Position numbers and translations under genes: made by a program. The notes beneath the pieces were generated by a model. It did not search any database and had not been told where the DNA came from. It saw only the letters and a list, made by a program, of their open reading frames with translations. A DNA stretch of 64,000 bases from Acidimicrobiales bacterium (lineage in GTDB: Bacteria; Actinomycetota; Acidimicrobiia; Acidimicrobiales; SZUA-35), in contig JAWKIN010000010.1 in NCBI GenBank assembly GCA_041394345.1, positions 23,287 to 87,286 of the forward strand, written 5' to 3'. Shown here in pieces: positions 59,423 through 64,000 of this stretch (positions are counted from its first letter, which is position 1; the number at the start of each line of letters is the position of its first letter).

Positions 59423-59783
59423 TGCTTCTCGGCAGATGGTGGCAGACACTGCTGGAGTGAACGTCGAGAGGGCTTGTCGCCGGATCTGATCGGGTTGCCG
59501 CGAATGGCTCACGGGGGCTTCCCCGTTGCCTGCGTGAGCGGCTTCTCAGCGAGACTTTTGGCCGGGCTGGCGCGGTGAGCTTTGGTGCGATCCGCTGGAG
59601 ATGTCGCACGGGACGATGTCGCGAGTGTACGTACTGGTGTTGCTGGCACTGTGCGGTCAGTCGTCGGTTTGGTTGGCGGCTCGAATGCAACGGAGCGCGC
59701 AAATGGCAGCTGATCATCTCTGCCCCCCCAAGCGAGGCCGAGGCTCGCCGGCTTCGGCGTGAGTTGGCCGATCGGCGGTCGAT

Positions 59784-60154
59784 GTGGACGTCGCGATGTG
59801 GTCGTCGGTTCAACCGGTGGCGGCGACGATTATGCGTCAGGGCCATATTCGTGGTGCTGAGAGCTACCGGCGGCGTACCTACATCGAAGGGGTGTTCGGC
59901 AACATCAAGAACCCCGACACCGAAGATGTCCGACGCAGCCACCACCGGTTGACCGGCATCGCCGAGTGACGTTGTTCGTCGGGCTCGCTCTGGTGCCGCA
60001 GGATCAGCGGATTCTGCGGAACTGGCATGACCGCACCGGGCTGGGTGACCCGACGCACCGGCTCCTGACCGTCGACGAAGAAGCGGTCGGGACGACAGAG
60101 CTCACGTCCAGGCAGGCGCTGTCTACCGATCGCCCCAGCGCGGTCGCTGCCTGA
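59784..60154 (+). mobile_element. Relic of a DDE transposase C-terminus (IS4/IS5-like YREK region), frame-broken, no N-terminal part
   Basis: ORF 59784..59969 contains YRRRTYIEGVFGNIK, which fits Y-x2-R-x3-E-x6-K exactly. It continues in 59966..60154 as TLFVGLALVPQDQRILRNW, typical of IS transposase tails. Confidence 0.5.
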
Positions 60155-60170
60155 AACCCGTTCGATCCTC

Positions 60171-60218
60171 GAACGTGAAGCGACCCGCACCCCAAGGGGT
60201 GCGGGTCGCTTCACGTTC
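60171..60218 (-). terminator. Perfect 23-bp stem hairpin downstream of ssrA
   Basis: gaacgtgaagcgacccgcacccc (60171..60193), aa, ggggtgcgggtcgcttcacgttc (60196..60218). No U-tract. Confidence 0.6.
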
Positions 60219-60222
60219 TGAG

Positions 60223-60262
60223 AGTCAGGCCTGAATTGTACGAACAGTCAGGCCCGAATTGT
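60223..60262. repeat. 17-bp direct repeat (1 mismatch), 23-bp period, just 3' of ssrA
   Basis: agtcaggcctgaattgt at 60223..60239 and agtcaggcccgaattgt at 60246..60262. Confidence 0.85.
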
Positions 60263-60277
60263 GGGAACACCCCGTTG

Positions 60278-60666
60278 TGGAGCTGGGGGGAATCGAACCC
60301 CCGTCCGTCAAGGAGTCATCGCTCGCGCTACGACCATTTCCGAGCCTTCGACTTTATGGGCCGTCGAACTGCCGGATCAGCTGCCCACCGAAGCGGACTT
60401 CCCCTCAGTCTTTCCTGAACGTCAGCGGTCTTTGCCATGCTGTCAGTGGTCTCTCTCACCGTCCATCACTGCTTCTGTTGCCGGGCTGCAGTGATCAGAC
60501 CCCGCGTGGCCTCACGGCTCGCAGTTTTCCTCTAACTACCTAATGAATTAGGCGGCGAGAGCGAAGTCAGCCTTGTTGGCGCTTCTTAAATGCCCTGTTT
60601 AACGAGTCTGAGCAACTCGGGTCGCACAAACGACTTCTCATCTCAACGTCGAAACCGATCAGCCCC
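60278..60666 (-). ncRNA. ssrA: tmRNA (transfer-messenger RNA), 389 nt, tag reading frame ANKADFALAA
   Basis: The reverse complement starts GGGGCTGATCGGTTTCGACG (60666 downward) and ends GGGGGTTCGATTCCCCCCAGCTCCA (to 60278). The acceptor pairs with G3:U. The internal ORF is GCC AAC AAG GCT GAC TTC GCT CTC GCC GCC TAA (about 60548..60580). The terminal CCA is not encoded. Confidence 0.95.
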
Positions 60667-60842
60667 GAGTTTGAGGAGAATTGCGTGATGCATTCCTTCT
60701 CGTTGGTAAGTAGCACGCTGTTGCCAGCGGGGCGATCGTACCAGCTCGGCCTCCCGAGCGGTCGTCGTCCATCTGTGCCGATTTTTGGACAGTTCTTGCG
60801 AGGGTCGCGGCGATGGTCCTCTACCTGTACTACCGTGACCCC

Positions 60843-61712
60843 ATGGCATGGGCACGGGCAACGATCGTAAGCGCAGTTTTCGCGACGGCCACGATGGGAT
60901 TTGCCGGGCCGGCTGGCGCAAGCGAAACCACGCGAGACGCTGAGTCGATCGAGTCGATCGAGTCGATCGAGTCACCGATCGCCAACGCCCTGCCAGCGCA
61001 GTTCGCGACGGCGTGTCCTGAGATGACCGATTCGGTCGCCCGGCTCTACAGCGCATTCTTCTTGCGGTTGCCCGACCAGACAGGTTGGGACTACTGGCTT
61101 CCGACCTACGTCAATCCGACGACTGACCTGCTTGACATTGCCGAGGCGTTCGTTGCGTCTGACGAGTTCCAGAAGACCTACGGTGCGCTGACGAATGAGC
61201 AGTTTGTCACGCTCGTCTACAACAACGTGCTTGGTCGTGATCCCGATGCGGGCGGATTCACGCACTGGACCAGCGTGCTCGATGGCGGCTTCGCCCGTGG
61301 TGCCTTGATGCTCGCGTTCAGCGAGTCCGAAGAGTACGTGAAGTCAACCGAGACCTTCGTGCCGCTGGCTGGCTACCTGCAGTCCTACACGCCGTCGGTT
61401 GAGTTCCGCTGCGGTCAGGGTGCCGGCGGGTTCTTCCCGGTCGCGGACCACAAGTTTGCCGACGCGATCGTGTGGAATACCGGCGACACCGATCTCGTGT
61501 ACTACGAGTCAGATTTCGATACCAACGGCAACGCGATTGCACCGGTCGAGCGGACGCTGGCTCCTGGTCATTACCTCTTCCAGTGGAACATCGATCTCGC
61601 TGCTGCCGGACGGTCGGCGCTCGGTGTCGCTGGGCCTGCGTCCCCCGATTTCTGGTGGACGATCGTCTACTACCCGCATCCTCACTCGGCTGACCGGCCA
61701 GGATACGAGTAG
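60843..61712 (+). CDS. Secreted DUF4214-domain protein
   Basis: Signal-like MAWARATIVSAVFATATMGFAGPAGA; RLYSAFFLRLPDQTGWDYW..FVASDEFQKTYG..LVYNNVLGRDPDAGGFTHW..ALMLAFSESEEY (DUF4214 pattern). The ORF opens at 60813. Confidence 0.8.
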   Translation: MAWARATIVSAVFATATMGFAGPAGASETTRDAESIESIESIESPIANALPAQFATACPEMTDSVARLYSAFFLRLPDQTGWDYWLPTYVNPTTDLLDIAEAFVASDEFQKTYGALTNEQFVTLVYNNVLGRDPDAGGFTHWTSVLDGGFARGALMLAFSESEEYVKSTETFVPLAGYLQSYTPSVEFRCGQGAGGFFPVADHKFADAIVWNTGDTDLVYYESDFDTNGNAIAPVERTLAPGHYLFQWNIDLAAAGRSALGVAGPASPDFWWTIVYYPHPHSADRPGYE

Positions 61713-61734
61713 GTACAGCGCCAACTCGCACGTC

Positions 61735-61769
61735 ACGACCCGGACGACCGTCCGGGTCGTTGTCGTTTT
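61735..61769 (+). terminator. Intrinsic terminator (10-bp stem plus T-rich tail)
   Basis: acgacccgga (61735..61744), loop cgaccg, tccgggtcgt (61751..61760), then tgtcgtttt. Confidence 0.7.
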
Positions 61770-61826
61770 GGGCCCAACAAGCCAGCGTTTCCGGCGCCGA
61801 TCAGTTGTCGATTTGTTGAAATACGT

Positions 61827-61872
61827 TAAATCCGATTGGTTTGTCGGGAATTGGTCTAGGTTCTAAATCCGA
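61827..61872 (+). promoter_or_regulatory. Candidate operator/promoter region of the sulfite-reduction operon (duplicated TAAATCCGA)
   Basis: TAAATCCGA at 61827..61835 and 61864..61872, in a locally AT-richer spacer upstream of ATG 61905. Also attggt twice (61835, 61850). Confidence 0.25.
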
Positions 61873-61904
61873 CCGAAGTGGTCAGGTTTCGAGGAGGATC
61901 AGTC

Positions 61905-63628
61905 ATGGCACCAACAGCCGTTGAGTCAATCAAGTCCGCGAGCAACTATTTGCGTGGGACCCTGGACGCCGAACTGGCCGACGGCCAGACGATGTTCAGC
62001 GCCGACAGCACCCACCTTCTAAAGTTCCACGGGATCTACCAGCAGGACGACCGCGACGTCCGTCGGGCCCGAACGGCAGCGGGCGCAGAACTCGAATACA
62101 CGTGCATGGTTCGTTGCTCGGTCCCCGGCGGTGTACTTCGGGCTCCGCAGTGGGCGGCGATTGACGCGATTGCCGACGAGGTTGGCGACGGGACGCTGCG
62201 GCTCACGACCCGTCAGGGGGTGCAGTACCACTTGTGCACAAGGGCGACCTGAAAGCCCTTGTCGGGCACCTCAATCGACACCTGGTCACGACCTACGCGG
62301 CCTGCGGCGACGTGGTCCGCAACGTCATGGTGAGCTCGGCGCCGGTAGCGGGGCGAGACACCGCCCGCCTTGAATCGCTCGGACGGGCCCTGTCGAATCA
62401 GTTCCGCCCTCAGTCTGAGAGCTATTGGGAGCTGTGGGTCGACGGCGAGCGTGCCGTCTCTTCCGGCCCAGCTCCCGCTGCCGGGGACGCTGATGAACCC
62501 ATCTACGGTGACACTTACCTGCCCCGGAAGTTCAAGATAGGAATTGCCGCACCGGGTGACAATTCGATCGATGTCTACAGTCAGGACCTCGGGCTTGTGC
62601 CTGTTGATGGTCCGGATGGTACGCCTGGTGTCGTCGTTCTCGCCGGGGGCGGTCTGGGGATGAGCCATAACGATGACTCAACGTTTCCTCGGTTGGCCGA
62701 TCCGCTGGCGTGGGTTCCGGACGACGAAGTTGGCGAGGTCGCCGAGGCGATCGTGACAACGTTCCGCGACTTCGGCAACCGAGACGATCGCAAACATGCG
62801 CGACTCAAGTACGTGCTGGAGGAGCGGGGCGTCGAGTGGCTTCGGTCTGAGGTCGAAGCCCGGATCGGACGACCACTCGCCGCCCCCGTACCGGTTCCTC
62901 ACTGGAATGGGGCCTCTGACTATCACGGTTGGCACCGACAAGATGCCGACACGCTCTTCTACGGCATTCCGGTGCCGTCGGGTCGGCTGAAGGACAACGG
63001 CCGAGTGCAGCGACGTAGCGCAGTCGCCGAACTTCTGCGCATCGGATTGGCGGCCGAGGTTCGGATTACGCCTCGTCAAGACGTGCTGTTGTGCGGTATC
63101 CGGCGTGAGGACAAGGCGGCCGTCGAGGCCGTGCTCGCCAGTCATGGTGTGCCTCCGGTCGATCAACTCTCCCTGTCGGTTCGATCGTCAATCGCCTGCC
63201 CCGCCCTACCTACGTGCGGACAAGCACTCGGCGAGGCAGAGCGGGGTCTGCCCGATCTAGCTGACACGCGCGACAGTCTCCTGTCCGAGCGAGGCATGAG
63301 CGCCGTCCGAATCGAGACCCGCCTCACGGGCTGCCCTAACGGCTGTGCCCGCCCCTACGTTGCCGAGCTTGGCATTGTCGCCCGCACTAAAACCGACTAC
63401 GACATTTGGGTCGGTGGGGACCCATCCGGGACTCGGCTAGCCAAGGTTGTGGCGCAGGGTGTGCCATTTGTCAAGCTACGTCACGCGCTGGCACCAATGT
63501 TTGATCATTTCGAGTCGACCAGGATTCAAGGCGAGTCGTTTGGTGACTGGACGAACCGGATGGGAGTTGCTCGGACCAGCGCTTCGATCCCGATGGTTGG
63601 CAAGCGTCAGAAAGCGATCGACGCATGA
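61905..63628 (+). CDS. sirA: Sulfite reductase hemoprotein (ferredoxin-dependent type), one frame break near 62230
   Basis: IKSASNYLRGTL..LLKFHGIYQQDDRD..LRLTTRQGVQYH / HKGDLKALV..YLPRKFKIGIA..; siroheme/4Fe-4S ligand region ACPALPTCGQA..TGCPNGCARP. Confidence 0.9.
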
Positions 63629-64000
63629 GCCAGATCATCGTATCGGCGGTCGAAACGACGCCGGAGGAGGCAATAGCGAGGGGGGTCGAGCGCTTCGGCG
63701 ACGACCTCGTACTCCTGTTCTCCGGCCAAGACGCCGTGCTCGTAGACATCGCCCTGAAGGTCGATCCGCGAATCGAACTCGTGTTTATCGACACCGGCTT
63801 CCATTTCAATGAGACGATCGAGACCGTCTTGCGGGTCGCCGAGCGTTACCAGCCTCGTCTTCGTGTTGTGTCGCCGTGGCGGCACTTGAGCGGTGTCGGC
63901 ACGGAGGGATTCTGCTGCGGTGACCACAAGGTGGAACAACTCGATCGAGCGCTCGACGGCAAGCGAGCCTGGCTAAGCGGCCTTCGCCGAGCCGACAGCC
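63625..64000 (+). CDS. cysH: Phosphoadenosine/adenosine phosphosulfate reductase, 3' partial
   Basis: ATG 63625 overlaps the sirA stop (ATGA). My translation gives MSQIIVSAVETTPEEAIARGVERFGDDLVLLFSGQDAVLVDIALKV..ELVFIDTGFHFNETIE..CCGDHKVEQLDRALDGKRAWLSGLRRADS. It runs off the window. Confidence 0.85.
   Translation, partial: MSQIIVSAVETTPEEAIARGVERFGDDLVLLFSGQDAVLVDIALKVDPRIELVFIDTGFHFNETIETVLRVAERYQPRLRVVSPWRHLSGVGTEGFCCGDHKVEQLDRALDGKRAWLSGLRRADS

Noticed and set aside
59423-59783. Integrase or excisionase gene next to ssrA.
   Set aside because: All three plus frames and all three minus frames give Arg/Cys/Trp-rich strings with no tyrosine- or serine-recombinase motifs. Only the downstream transposase tail is recognisable.

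Overview
High-GC (by eye roughly 60-65%, not computed) actinobacterial-type chromosomal segment. The gene order cofD ... manB-manA-Trm112-SIS-ahcY ... comF-hpf-secA-prfB-ftsE-ftsX resembles Mycobacterium/Acidimicrobiia core synteny (inference). 1-5.3 kb: the 3' part of a giant sortase-anchored DUF11-repeat surface protein. 5.3-25.6 kb: a cell-envelope glycan block with cofD, gmd-rmd, a GT2 fused to a polytopic domain, a DUF5719-like protein, a membrane thioredoxin, ftsH, a CPBP protease, an 835-aa GT-C-like membrane protein, a GtrA-GT2 fusion, manB, manA, Trm112 and a PGI/PMI SIS protein. 25.6-35.7 kb: housekeeping genes (SDR, MBL hydrolase, ahcY, comF, hpf, secA, prfB, ftsEX). 35.7-50 kb: accessory metabolism and transport (azlCD, ferredoxin-P450, TauE, crotonase, LuxR and Baeyer-Villiger monooxygenase relics, DUF3817, NUDIX-like, acyltransferase, MFS-cNMP fusion, GNAT, MFS, secreted S1 protease, Cys-type arylsulfatase). 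50-60.3 kb: a probable accessory block abutting the 3' end of tmRNA. It holds about 2.6 kb of unassignable ORFs, a type I R-M operon hsdM-hsdS-hsdR whose HsdR ends in an AlbA_2/Schlafen-like domain (the most interesting item), and an IS transposase relic. Right end: ssrA (tmRNA), a DUF4214 secreted protein and sirA-cysH. I saw no rRNA, tRNA or CRISPR array. Many genes, including essential ones, are split across reading frames in patches. Several breaks sit in short G/C runs, so I read them as consensus indel errors rather than decay. Coordinates for those genes span the reconstructed gene, not a single ORF.
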